A DNA stretch of 64,000 nt from an uncultured bacterium (GCA_963704645.1 OY969926.1:320001-384000); one strand, 5' to 3'. Counted from the stretch's first letter, positions 31,255 to 41,120 are shown. Program-made: numbers and translations. The notes: generated by a model from the sequence alone, not told the origin.

Positions 31255-31821
31255 TCAATTTTTAATTTCTTCAAGCGCTTCTCGAAGCTTATTAAAATGG
31301 TTTCCATTGAAACTTATAAGTGCTTGAAAGGTGCCTTGTGCTGTGCCCTCCCTATAAACAACATAGAAACTCTCTTCAACGTTTGGTCTAATCTCTAGTT
31401 GCATTAGTCCATGAGCTGATTCATAGCACACCCATATCGTACAGGTATTGTTATTTTGAATACAAATAATATCTGTGCCATTATAGACTCCATTTTTGAA
31501 TTTAATGTCGTAGCCTGAAAAATTTACCGTAGGCACTATTTTTCTGCTTGGAATGTTTACAATAGCGATGTGATAGTCTAAGGATGTAAAAGAAAAGCTG
31601 TTGAACCAGGAGTACAGTGGATCAAAATCGGAAAATTTTAGAATCCAACTATTAATTACTTCACTTACCAAAATTTTGCACCAAAAAACTACAATTACAA
31701 ATATAAGCATAAACTTTTGGTTTTTGCAAGAGTTTTTTATAGCTGATTGATAATCTTGTTTATATTGTATAGTGCTTTTCAGTTGGTTGGGTAATTTTTT
31801 TGTATAATCGACATTCCACAC
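31255..31821 (-). CDS. Hypothetical protein (true start uncertain, probably downstream)
   Basis: 188-aa ORF with no recognisable motif. Confidence 0.45.
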   Translation of the reverse strand: MWNVDYTKKLPNQLKSTIQYKQDYQSAIKNSCKNQKFMLIFVIVVFWCKILVSEVINSWILKFSDFDPLYSWFNSFSFTSLDYHIAIVNIPSRKIVPTVNFSGYDIKFKNGVYNGTDIICIQNNNTCTIWVCYESAHGLMQLEIRPNVEESFYVVYREGTAQGTFQALISFNGNHFNKLREALEEIKN

Positions 31822-31898
31822 TTAGACCCTCAGGCCGAAACTGACGCTGAGCCAAGCTCAGCTCGCACCAGCTCATCTAAACAAGTTCAGGGCGACAG
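31822..31898 (+). repeat. Palindromic repeat family A, long copy with insert
   Basis: TTAGACCCT-[CAGGCCGAAACTGACGCTGAGCCAAGCTCAGCTCGCACCAGCTCATC]-TAAACAAGTTCAGGGCGACAG. Confidence 0.85.
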
Positions 31899-32064
31899 GC
31901 TCTCTGCAGTTTTATGAAACGGGTAGGTAAAAGTTCACCGTGGTATGGATAAGCTCCAAAGTTCTTAATGTGAGTGGTGAGGCTCAAAGTTTATGTTTGT
32001 TTGTCTCCTTGGCTACCTTGTTTGACAAATATGGTGTACGCGTGGTTTTGTTAGCAATAAACTC

Positions 32065-32799
32065 ATGTCTAAATTAAGTATTGTCATTCCGGCTTATAAT
32101 GAAGAAAAAACTTTAGAGAGCATTGTTAACCAAGTTTTAGAAATAAAACTTCCTAATAATTTTGAAAAAGAAATTATAATTGTAAACGATGCTTCTAAAG
32201 ATTCCACTTTGGAAATTGCACAGAAATTGTCTTCTCAAAGTGCTGAAATAAAAGTTTTAGATAACTCCTTAAATTTAGGTAAAAGCCAGACTGTAAAGAA
32301 AGGAATTTTGGCTTCTACAGGAGACTATGTAGTTATTCAAGACGCCGATTTAGAATATAACCCTCAAGAAATTGCCTTTTTATTGGAACAACTATTAAAA
32401 CATAATTGCAATGTTGCTTATGGGAATAGGTTTGGTTTGCACAACGGGGTAATTTATACTCAAAACTTTGTTGGAAATTTACTACTTTCTTTTGTTTCTA
32501 CAATATTCACTACAATTCGTTTACGTGTAGTTATTCCAGATATGGAAGTTTGTTATAAAATGATTCAAGGTAGTGTAGCTAGAGAAATAGCAACAGGCTT
32601 AAAAGCTACTTCTAACTTTGGCTTTGAGCCAGAAATTACAGCTAAACTGTCTCGGTTTATGTTGAAGGGGGAGCATTTAAAATTTATAGTTTTACCAATT
32701 TCCTACAACCCTAGAAGTGTTGCTGAAGGTAAAAAGATGTCTGCTTTTAAAGACGGTTTTAAGGCCTTAATTGAAATATTAAAGTACAACATTTTCTAA
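32065..32799 (+). CDS. GT2 polyprenol-phosphate glycosyltransferase (DPM1/GtrB-like)
   Basis: LSIVIPAYNEE, VNDASKD, IQDADLEY, DMEVCYK, FGFEPEIT. Confidence 0.9.
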   Translation: MSKLSIVIPAYNEEKTLESIVNQVLEIKLPNNFEKEIIIVNDASKDSTLEIAQKLSSQSAEIKVLDNSLNLGKSQTVKKGILASTGDYVVIQDADLEYNPQEIAFLLEQLLKHNCNVAYGNRFGLHNGVIYTQNFVGNLLLSFVSTIFTTIRLRVVIPDMEVCYKMIQGSVAREIATGLKATSNFGFEPEITAKLSRFMLKGEHLKFIVLPISYNPRSVAEGKKMSAFKDGFKALIEILKYNIF

Positions 32800-32826
32800 G
32801 TATTTTCAAACTTAAAATTCAAACTC

Positions 32827-34416
32827 ATGACTTATCTCAACGATTTTAAATCTACACTAAAAAATATCCAAAATTGGTTTACTTCAACCAGCAATAAGAA
32901 TGAAATTATTTGGATTTGTGGCCTGGTTTTTACCTTCTCTTATTGGTTAATTTCAAGGAATAATGGCTATTTTAGCGGAGACATGAGTATTGTTGGAACA
33001 ATTACTAAAGACTTTGCGCAGGGAAATTTTTATTCATGGTATTTTTATGGACAAGATTATTTTGGTAATTTAGAGCCAATTTTCCTTGCTATTTTAACAA
33101 AAGTAACAGGAAATACTATTCAAACTTTATATTTTTGGGAGCATTTTTGGTATTTTCTTACCTCGCTTTTTGTTTTCCTAACAATTCCTAAACTAAAAAA
33201 CTGGCAGACAATTCTTTCTGTCTTAGCTTTCTTTTTTAGCGTTAGGTATTACAATTACACATACTATCCACAAGGTTTTGCTTTTACTTTATTGCTGCTT
33301 ATTATGTTTTGGGCATTGTTTGAAAAAGTTTACTCCTCAACAAAGGTTAAAAATTGGCATTTTTTGGCAGTCGGTTTTTTTACTACTTTGGGTATTTGGT
33401 TCAACCCGACCATTTCAATTATTTTTCCAATATTTTTATTAATTTACGCTTATTTGTGGAAAACAAAAAAATTAGAGTTTAAGCTAATGCCTTTCGTTTA
33501 TGGAATTGTTGGTTTAACTTTTGGAATTATACCTTTTGTATTAGCTTATTTTCACACAGATGGATGGAATTTACTTTGGTTTAGTACTAATAAAAGCAGC
33601 AATATTATAGAAAATATTAGATATTTTGGAACAGATTTTGCTTACTACTTTGTGAATGAAGCTAGTTTAAATTTAGCAAACACAAGTACTATTCTAAGCA
33701 GCACATTTTTAAATGTTAGAAATTTGTTTGGGTTAATTTTAAGCTTTCTAATTTTTGTAATTACAGTAATTAGTTTTAAGTTCTGGAAGCAGAATTTGGT
33801 AACTTTATTATTCCTATCTTTTTCACTTCTTCTTCTAGTAAATAAAGATTTGGGCGATTCTAATTACCTGTTTGAGTACATTAGATATTCTATTCCTGCC
33901 CTAACATTTATTTTAATTTTAATTTTTAAAATTCCAACTTTAAGTTTAGATTTTCCTACAATAAACAAGTTTAATTTCAATGCAGTTTATAAAAATGTAG
34001 CTTTAATTTTAATAATAACACTTTCTTTATTTGGAATTTCACGAGCCTGGAATTTGTTTAAATATCCAAATCGTGATCCACAACTTTATGAAACTGTAGC
34101 TAATAAATTAGTGTATAAATATAATACGAAGAATTTATTTTGTGATAATTTTTATGATATGTGCATGGCAATAAGTTACGTAAATAAAGATAAAAATTTT
34201 AACGTGGAAATTATAAATAACAATGAAGAAATGGCTCCGCGTAGAAATCCTGGAACTATTGGCAAAGTTCAGAAAGCATATGAAAACGGTGAGGTTGTAT
34301 ATTCTTTAATTAGGGCAAATATTTTAAAACCAACTTGCAAAGTGGAAGAAACATTCTCTTTTACTGAAAGCTCTACAAAGTACTTTTTAGTTAAGGGAAA
34401 ATATTCAGATTGTTAG
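32827..34416 (+). CDS. Polytopic GT-C fold (ArnT/PMT-like) glycosyltransferase
   Basis: About 11-13 TM helices; first-loop SGD and YFYGQDYFGNLE; lies between GT2 and GtrA. Confidence 0.65.
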   Translation: MTYLNDFKSTLKNIQNWFTSTSNKNEIIWICGLVFTFSYWLISRNNGYFSGDMSIVGTITKDFAQGNFYSWYFYGQDYFGNLEPIFLAILTKVTGNTIQTLYFWEHFWYFLTSLFVFLTIPKLKNWQTILSVLAFFFSVRYYNYTYYPQGFAFTLLLLIMFWALFEKVYSSTKVKNWHFLAVGFFTTLGIWFNPTISIIFPIFLLIYAYLWKTKKLEFKLMPFVYGIVGLTFGIIPFVLAYFHTDGWNLLWFSTNKSSNIIENIRYFGTDFAYYFVNEASLNLANTSTILSSTFLNVRNLFGLILSFLIFVITVISFKFWKQNLVTLLFLSFSLLLLVNKDLGDSNYLFEYIRYSIPALTFILILIFKIPTLSLDFPTINKFNFNAVYKNVALILIITLSLFGISRAWNLFKYPNRDPQLYETVANKLVYKYNTKNLFCDNFYDMCMAISYVNKDKNFNVEIINNNEEMAPRRNPGTIGKVQKAYENGEVVYSLIRANILKPTCKVEETFSFTESSTKYFLVKGKYSDC

Positions 34417-34433
34417 AATTAATTTAAAATGAC

Positions 34434-34871
34434 ATGCCAGAAATTAATTTAAAATCCCCAGAAATACAAAGAATTGTTAAATACATTTGCATTGGTTTAT
34501 TTACCACTTTCATTACTTATATTATTTGGACTGCTTTAATTGAGCTTACCAAAAATGTTAATTTAGACAAAGAAATTAGGTTCTCTGGTTCACAGTTCGT
34601 TGCATCATCTAGTACTATTTTATTAAGTTTTTATTTAAACCGAAGAATTACATTTAAAGATAAAGCTAGAAGGCACAATAAAAAAAGAATTACTTTAATA
34701 AACGTTGTAGGTCTTTATTTAGCTTCTCCGGCCTTAGCTTCTTTACTTACATATTTAATTCAAATTATTTTACCAGGTGTTTTTATAGACGAGCTTTTAA
34801 AAATAATTGGTCTTGGGGCTGGCATGGTTATTAATTACACAGGTCAGCGTTTCTGGGTATATAGAAACTAG
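34434..34871 (+). CDS. GtrA family flippase
   Basis: KYICIG, SFYLNRRITF, INYTGQRFWVY. Confidence 0.85.
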   Translation: MPEINLKSPEIQRIVKYICIGLFTTFITYIIWTALIELTKNVNLDKEIRFSGSQFVASSSTILLSFYLNRRITFKDKARRHNKKRITLINVVGLYLASPALASLLTYLIQIILPGVFIDELLKIIGLGAGMVINYTGQRFWVYRN

Positions 34872-34929
34872 ATATTTCAGCGGTTTGTTTTATCTTGACA
34901 AAGACTTTATCAGAAAGCACACCTAAAGT

Positions 34930-36297
34930 ATGATTCAATGCCAATATTTGATAATAGGAAGTGGACAAACTGGCCTTAATGTTGCTATGAAGTTAGCTTC
35001 GCTTGGGAAAAAAGTAATTCTTGCAGAGCAGACTATTCTAGGTGGAACATATATTCACAACTACGAAACCCCAAAGCAGCTTATTCAAAAAGAGTCTGCA
35101 GATTTTGCAATTAGTTTGAAAGCTTTTAAAGATAATCCAACCACCTTTTCTGTTTTAATAAAAAATAGGCAAAAAATAACCTCTAAAATTTCATCTGTAA
35201 TTCAGTCTAAATTCATTAATCTCAGAGAAACTTTAAAGACCACAAAAAACCTAACAATTATTAAAGGGCAAGCTAATTTTGTTTCTAAAAGTTTAATTGA
35301 AATTAACTCTGAAGCCGAAAGACACTTAGTTAATTTTGAACAGTGCATTATTGCAGTTGGTAAAACTCAGTTGGTTAAGCCAAACATTGCAGGATTAGAC
35401 GATATTCCTTTTTTATACCAACATTCTTGTTATTTGTTTCAAGAGATTCCTTCTAAACTAAGTATTATTGGTATTTCTAAAGAAAGCTTAGAAGTTGCAG
35501 ATGTATATTCAAATTTAGGTGTAAAGGTTTGTCTTTTTGAAGAAACAGATGGTTACAAACAATTACCTAAGCTAGATAGAAGCTGTTTAAACTATTTAAT
35601 AAAAAAGCTTGCTTCCAAACAAGTAGAATTTTATTTTAATACCAAAATAATAAAAGCCAAGAATAGTAAAACTGGCATTGAACTATTTGATAACTTAGAA
35701 AATAGCTACGAAACTAGCCACATTTACATAGACTTAGCCGAAAACTTTAGCGAAGAAACTTTAGGTTTAAGTAAAATTGGGGTTACAGTTAGTAAGAAAG
35801 GTATAGTAACAGATTTAAGTGGTAGAACAACTAAGAAAAATATTTTAGCCTTAGGTGAGTGTAATTCTCAATCTTCTGAAAATACCAAAGTGGCCATGAT
35901 TCACAATTTTTTGAATAAAGAAATGAAGCTGCAAAATGATAAAAAACTTAATTCAGAATACTTAAACTTTATTAACGAAAATGAAAGCAAAATTATCAAA
36001 ATTAACTTTGAATCTATAGACTGCGGTAGTCCTGTTGCCACATTAGCTTTAACCGAAAATGAAGCTGTTGGAAGATACGGTCCGTCTGTGAAAACAAAAA
36101 CCCTTACTTTAAATGAAATGGAAGGCTTTGCTAAAATAGTCTATAAAGATTTAACTGGAGAAATATTAGGTGTAAGTTTATGTGGAGAATTTTGCATAAA
36201 GTATCAAACTTATTTTGCTAGCCAATTTACAAAAGGTTTTAACATGAGACAATTCCTAGATTTCTTCTCTGGTTTTAGTTTATACAACTTGGTTTAA
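34930..36297 (+). CDS. Dihydrolipoamide dehydrogenase/mercuric reductase-like flavoprotein lacking the redox cysteines
   Basis: IIGSGQTG FAD motif; LGGTYIHNYETP in place of GGTCxxxGCxP; NILALGE. Confidence 0.75.
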   Translation: MIQCQYLIIGSGQTGLNVAMKLASLGKKVILAEQTILGGTYIHNYETPKQLIQKESADFAISLKAFKDNPTTFSVLIKNRQKITSKISSVIQSKFINLRETLKTTKNLTIIKGQANFVSKSLIEINSEAERHLVNFEQCIIAVGKTQLVKPNIAGLDDIPFLYQHSCYLFQEIPSKLSIIGISKESLEVADVYSNLGVKVCLFEETDGYKQLPKLDRSCLNYLIKKLASKQVEFYFNTKIIKAKNSKTGIELFDNLENSYETSHIYIDLAENFSEETLGLSKIGVTVSKKGIVTDLSGRTTKKNILALGECNSQSSENTKVAMIHNFLNKEMKLQNDKKLNSEYLNFINENESKIIKINFESIDCGSPVATLALTENEAVGRYGPSVKTKTLTLNEMEGFAKIVYKDLTGEILGVSLCGEFCIKYQTYFASQFTKGFNMRQFLDFFSGFSLYNLV

Positions 36298-37319
36298 ATA
36301 TCATCTCTTAAGGCTAAGCCCAATGCTGTAGCTAGTTGACTTACTATTGGGTAAATATAGGGCTTATAGTCTTCTGTAACCACTATTCTTCTTAAACAGT
36401 TACCAATGTAAACAGGGGTGTTAAACTCCTTAAAAAATTCAATGAAGCCTGGTGTATAAACTCCGCCTCCAGAAATTACTATTTTTTGTGGATCCTGTGA
36501 AACTTTTTTGTTCAAATCTACAAAAATTGCAAGCTCAGATTTTAATATAGTTAAATTGTCAGTAATTTGTTTAGGTAAACTGAAAAGATTAACAAGATTT
36601 ATGTCCATTTTAAAGAATTCTGCAATAGGCATTTCAAGCCCTAAAGCCTTGCTTAAATCTTCAGTTATTTTGTCTGTACCAAGTGGTACATGAGAGCTAG
36701 ACCTTAAAACTCCGTCTACAATAATACTGAAAGTGGTATTCTTGCCACCAATATCAACTAAAATAGTGTTGCCTTGATCGGGGGTTAAACAAGCCCTTAT
36801 TTGTGAAATAGTTTGATTTTCTAAGGCTGCACCGTCTAAATTAACATGTTCAAGTAAATTTTTACTATTTTCAATTACGAAATCTGGTAGGGCATTTATA
36901 ATAACTCTTTGCTTTCCAGTGTAGGCTACAATTCTAGGATCGTTTTTTATTAAACTCCAGGAAAGACGCATTTCATCTGGTGGATATGGTAAAAAGTATG
37001 GAGCTTGTTTATCTATTTCTTCTTGAATTTGCTTCTTGTTCCAAGTTGCTTCAAAGTCCATAGTGGTAACATAAACATCTTTACTTTGAACACTCATGAC
37101 AGTTTTAACTCCAGCAAAGTTTCCTGCTTTCATAATTTCTGTGATGATACTTCCAATCTGTCTCAGTCTTGCACTATCCCAATAACCGTCTAGTGCTAAG
37201 CCGTGTTTTGCAATGCCATAAGTTTCTAATTGCTTACCATTTTTGTTATGCGAAACTTCCACCATCTTAATGGAATCAGAGCCAATATCTAGGCCTATTA
37301 TGGTTTTATCAGAAAACAT
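36294..37319 (-). CDS. pilM: Type IV pilus assembly protein PilM
   Basis: IGLDIGSDSIKMVE, LETYG, LVDIGGKNT, ISGGG, ALGLALR. Confidence 0.88.
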   Translation of the reverse strand: MFSDKTIIGLDIGSDSIKMVEVSHNKNGKQLETYGIAKHGLALDGYWDSARLRQIGSIITEIMKAGNFAGVKTVMSVQSKDVYVTTMDFEATWNKKQIQEEIDKQAPYFLPYPPDEMRLSWSLIKNDPRIVAYTGKQRVIINALPDFVIENSKNLLEHVNLDGAALENQTISQIRACLTPDQGNTILVDIGGKNTTFSIIVDGVLRSSSHVPLGTDKITEDLSKALGLEMPIAEFFKMDINLVNLFSLPKQITDNLTILKSELAIFVDLNKKVSQDPQKIVISGGGVYTPGFIEFFKEFNTPVYIGNCLRRIVVTEDYKPYIYPIVSQLATALGLALRDDI

Positions 37320-37454
37320 TTGAACTTCAAGAAGATATAATTATGGCGTCTAACCAATTATACTCTTAATCTTCCTTTTTGGCAAAAAATAATTAGTTTT
37401 GTTGTAAGCACTTTCTTGACATAATCTAGGTGTAAAGTTGTTATTATAAGGCTT

Positions 37455-37529
37455 GCGCAGTTAGCTCAGTGGTAGAGCATTTCCTTGACGTGGAAAGGGT
37501 CGGGGGTTCGAACCCCTCACTGCGCACCA
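37455..37529 (+). tRNA. tRNA-Val(GAC)
   Basis: Acceptor GCGCAGT/ACTGCGC, anticodon arm TTTCC-TTGACGT-GGAAA, T loop TTCGAAC, encoded CCA. Confidence 0.95.
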
Positions 37530-37623
37530 GTTTAAAGCACTCAAAACTAGACAAAGTAAATAAATTTACTCTAATTTAAAACATAGCTTTGTAGTTAGAT
37601 ATAAAAAAGTTTTTTACATTTAT

Positions 37624-37700
37624 GGCGGTTGTAGCTCAGTTGGTAGAGCGCTGGGTTGTGGTTCCAGTGGCCGCGGGTTCGAATCCCGTCGATCGCCCCA
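37624..37700 (+). tRNA. tRNA-His(GTG)
   Basis: G-1 and C73, anticodon loop TTGTGGT, T loop TTCGAAT, encoded CCA. Confidence 0.95.
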
Positions 37701-37731
37701 TGACTTTAAACAAATATAACAAATAACATCT

Positions 37732-37805
37732 GGGCCTTTAGTTTAGCGGTAAAACATATCCTTTGCAAGGATAGGTGGAGGGTTCAATTCCCTCAAGGTC
37801 CACCA
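37732..37805 (+). tRNA. tRNA-Ala(TGC)
   Basis: Acceptor GGGCCTT/AAGGTCC with G3:U70, anticodon arm TATCC-TTTGCAA-GGATA, encoded CCA. Confidence 0.93.
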
Positions 37806-37816
37806 ATCATAATTCT

Positions 37817-37838
37817 CTCCCTAAAGGGGAGTTTTTTT
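37817..37838 (+). terminator. Intrinsic terminator of the tRNA cluster
   Basis: CTCCCT-AAA-GGGGAG followed by T7. Confidence 0.8.
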
Positions 37839-37911
37839 GTTATATAAATTTTAATTTTTTCCTAGTAAAATAAGGCCTAATTAATAATCTTTCAATAAAG
37901 ACTTTAGAAGA

Positions 37912-38382
37912 CTATAGAACTATACAAAATAAGCTTTTCTGGCTATCACTGGAAATTAGCGAAAAGCCAGATTTGGTTAATATATTTTTTAAAATATAGT
38001 TTTCTATCTTGCAGTAAGTATATACTTTTTTTATTTTTTTCTTAAAATTAATATAGTTTAAAACAAGATCAAGAACTTCAGTAAATATTTCTTTGCCATC
38101 TAAATTATCATTATTAATGAAAATATCCAGCACAAACTTGTCGCTAATTTTAATTATAGTAACAAATCCAGAACACTCCTTAGTATTTACATTCTCTACA
38201 GACCATATAATTGAATTTTTATTATTTCTATTTTCCTCGTAAAAATCAATATTACCTTGAGCAGATGAGCTTATTTTGCTATCTGTTAGCGACAAATATT
38301 GATCTGTATTTAAATTATCAAAATCAGATAAAAGTGGCTTTCTTAACTTAATCAATTGGCCTAATAAACTTTCTACAAACAT
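37912..38382 (-). CDS. GNAT (RimJ/RimL-like) N-acetyltransferase, divergent
   Basis: IKLRK, IIWSV...SGFV, N-x-x-x-KNILTKSGF. Confidence 0.65.
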   Translation of the reverse strand: MFVESLLGQLIKLRKPLLSDFDNLNTDQYLSLTDSKISSSAQGNIDFYEENRNNKNSIIWSVENVNTKECSGFVTIIKISDKFVLDIFINNDNLDGKEIFTEVLDLVLNYINFKKKIKKVYTYCKIENYILKNILTKSGFSLISSDSQKSLFCIVL

Positions 38383-38507
38383 AAAAAAATAGCTACATTA
38401 ATACCTAGCTATAAGTTAAATTTTAAGCAAACATTAAATCAAATGATACTTTTTTGAGTATACCTATGTTATAATCTAATTAGTTTTAAAATTAAGGATT
38501 TTTTTTA

Positions 38508-38960
38508 ATGCCAAATATTTCAGAAGAAAGCCAGCAACCAAGCTTGCAGATTACACCAATTAATCCAGAGCTTTGAGAAAAAGAGGAGTAAGTTATTTTG
38601 CTTGGTTTGTTCAGGCTTTTACTTGAAATAGATAGCAAAAAGAATTCTGAAAATAATAAACTACATTTTTCTATGTCTAAAAACGACCTTTCAATTATTA
38701 TTACTATTTTTACAAAAATTCTAGGACTTTTATTCGTCTTTGGTGGCTTTATTTTACAAATTGTTGAGGTTATGAGGTAGGTATTTGTATGTCAGGATTT
38801 ATTTTAGAATTTTACAGTCAACTTAACAACAGGGAATTAGCGTTGATTTTTTGGTCTTTAGCTTTTTATTTTCTTTGTTGTTGATTTTGATGTTTTATCC
38901 AGTTCTATATTTTTTAGAATTATTTAAAACTTACCGATGGCATTTTGTGAGTTGGTAACA
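38508..38960 (+). pseudogene. Decayed ORF fragments
   Basis: ATG 38508 frame interrupted by TGA and TAA; 60-aa remnant 38598-38780; second fragment MSGFILEFYSQLNNRELALIFW stops early. Confidence 0.4.
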
Positions 38961-39098
38961 ATTTAATTAAAAACAATTTTTATTTTTATTAATTCCAAAC
39001 ACCCAAAATCATATTATTTACCTAAAATAACTGGAGCTGTATTATTCCGTTAGAGTGGGTTAAATGACAAAACGCCCTAATGTATTTATAATGGCAGA

Positions 39099-39524
39099 GT
39101 GAATACCGAAACCAATTGCCCATTTTGCAACAGAAATAATATTGTAAATCAAATTGTTTGGGAAACTGATGAAACCCTTATTTTAGTTCCTCACTGGCCA
39201 AGGTGTAAAGGTCATTTGTTGTTTATTCCTAAATTTCATACACCAAACATTGTAAAGCTGCCAGATGCCAATCTAATAGATATTTTTAACCAAATTAGAA
39301 AAGGGGAAAAACTTTTAAATTTAGCCTATAATGCCAATGATTTTAATATTTTAACAAATCAAGGAGAGCTGGCCATGCAAACTGTTTTTCATCTACATTT
39401 TCATCTTTTGCCAAGAATAAAGAAAGAAAAAATTGATCCGCTTAGGTTAATTGGAGAAGACGAAAACTTAAAAAGAACCAGAACAATAATTTCGGTTAGA
39501 GATAAATTAAAGGGTTTGCTTTAG
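39099..39524 (+). CDS. HIT family hydrolase
   Basis: CPFC, GHLLFIPK, QTVFHLHFHLLPR. Confidence 0.92.
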   Translation: MNTETNCPFCNRNNIVNQIVWETDETLILVPHWPRCKGHLLFIPKFHTPNIVKLPDANLIDIFNQIRKGEKLLNLAYNANDFNILTNQGELAMQTVFHLHFHLLPRIKKEKIDPLRLIGEDENLKRTRTIISVRDKLKGLL

Positions 39525-39590
39525 TGAGTATTTCTTCATAAAGTTTAAACAAAAAAACTACGGTCTATTTATTTTTGCGTATTAGTTAGT

Positions 39591-39666
39591 TTAGACCTCG
39601 AGCCGAAACTGATACTGAGTTAAGCTCAGCTCGCACCTGCTTTTTGAAACAAGTTCAGGGTCACAG
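39591..39666 (+). repeat. Palindromic repeat family A, long copy with insert
   Basis: TTAGACCT-[CGAGCCGAAACTGATACTGAGTTAAGCTCAGCTCGCACCTGCTTTTT]-GAAACAAGTTCAGGGTCACAG. Confidence 0.85.
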
Positions 39667-39718
39667 TTGCGCTCGCAATATCATCTGAAATTAGTTCCAA
39701 GCGACAGCTCACTAAATT

Positions 39719-40600
39719 TTACCTTAAAGTGCCGCCCCACACAAACCAGGCAAGAAAAGATTTTGCAACCAAGCTTAAAATGATATAGCTTTTTTCGCCG
39801 AACAAATAGCTTTTCCAAGGCCCAACTTTTTTGTACTGCAAAATCATGTTAATAGCGAATAAGTTAAAGAAAATAAATAAGGCTGGGAAAATAAATCTTA
39901 CGTTGTTCAAAACATCTTTTACTTGTTGTGGAAGTTGTTCTACATTTCCAAGCCTGTCTAAGGATACAAAGAAATATATTCCCATTACAATCCAAGGTAA
40001 AATCCCAGCAAAACAACCGTAAACGAAGCTAGACCAATTTGGTTTAAAATTAGCATCATCGTCCAATTCTACAACGTTTGTATCTACATCATTTCCACCA
40101 TTTTGCTTAATGTAAGAAAGTTTTCTTAAGGCAGAATTGTGCATTTCCATTGCTCCGCCAAACAAGTTCATACAAGCGTTAATTCCCACTAATAAAAGTA
40201 AGGTTGTTGCATCTCTAATTCCACACTGAATAGCAATTACATAAACCATTACTGAACTAGAAATTGCATACTCATACCATCTAATTAAATTAACTTTTTC
40301 TTTTAGTTTGCTAATATACCATTCATAAACACCAGGCAGAATAGTTATGAAATGTGCAGCTGCAGATAAAAATAAGAAGCTGGAAATTGTATAGCCTAAA
40401 TTAACAGAATACCAATTTTCTGGAAATAAACTAAAAGACCTACTTTTTACATCAACTTGGGGCAACCAAAGGCTTATTTGAATTAGAGTTTGCTTCGATA
40501 AAAACGCCATTATCAAACCTTGAACAAGGTGCAAAATACCCATAATCAAATTCCATTTGCGTAAATTTTGGTAGGAATTATTAATTTTGCTGTTAGACAT
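39719..40600 (-). CDS. Heliorhodopsin
   Basis: LRKWNLIMGILHLVQ, SAAAH, RWYEYAISSSVM (counterion Glu), GEKSYIILSLVAKSFLAW (Schiff-base Lys). Confidence 0.93.
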   Translation of the reverse strand: MSNSKINNSYQNLRKWNLIMGILHLVQGLIMAFLSKQTLIQISLWLPQVDVKSRSFSLFPENWYSVNLGYTISSFLFLSAAAHFITILPGVYEWYISKLKEKVNLIRWYEYAISSSVMVYVIAIQCGIRDATTLLLLVGINACMNLFGGAMEMHNSALRKLSYIKQNGGNDVDTNVVELDDDANFKPNWSSFVYGCFAGILPWIVMGIYFFVSLDRLGNVEQLPQQVKDVLNNVRFIFPALFIFFNLFAINMILQYKKVGPWKSYLFGEKSYIILSLVAKSFLAWFVWGGTLR

Positions 40601-41120
40601 ATGGTTTAGTAATATAGGTGTAATTAATTTTAAATTAAGTGGAAGAAATTAATGTATGAATTATTTGTCAATTTCTAATATTTGCCCATAAAAAAGTAGG
40701 TCGTTTTAAAAACAAAACCTACTTAAATTTTAACTACAGCAATTGGTTTACTAGAAAAAATATTTGAAACAACTAATCTGCCTCCTATGCAAATATATAC
40801 TAAAGAACATGATATTAAATCATTGTTTCTAGCATTTGATCGTTTGGTAATTCTACAAGATGTCAAATTATTCTTTCTGCTTTGATGTCTAGACTTTGCC
40901 AAGCTCATAATTTTTACCACTCAACTCCGCAACTAATTTATGGGTACTAAAACATTTGTATTTGTTCGTCAATGTTTTCTACCTTCTTGTTTTCCCAAAG
41001 CTCAATAAAACCAAGATTTTAGCCTATCTTAAAAAAGTTAAAACTGGTAAATATGCTTGACAACTCAGTTTTCCTGTCAAACATTTAAGTATCACCCAGA
41101 TTGGGTTTTTTATAATATCT

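Noticed and set aside
38508-38592. In-frame TGA suggesting genetic code 25 or 4
   Set aside because: The frame closes at a TAA four codons later, and all long conserved genes are intact under code 11.
40723-40920. 65-aa ORF upstream of the heliorhodopsin
   Set aside because: No recognisable motif and a GTG start; may be spurious or a gene remnant.
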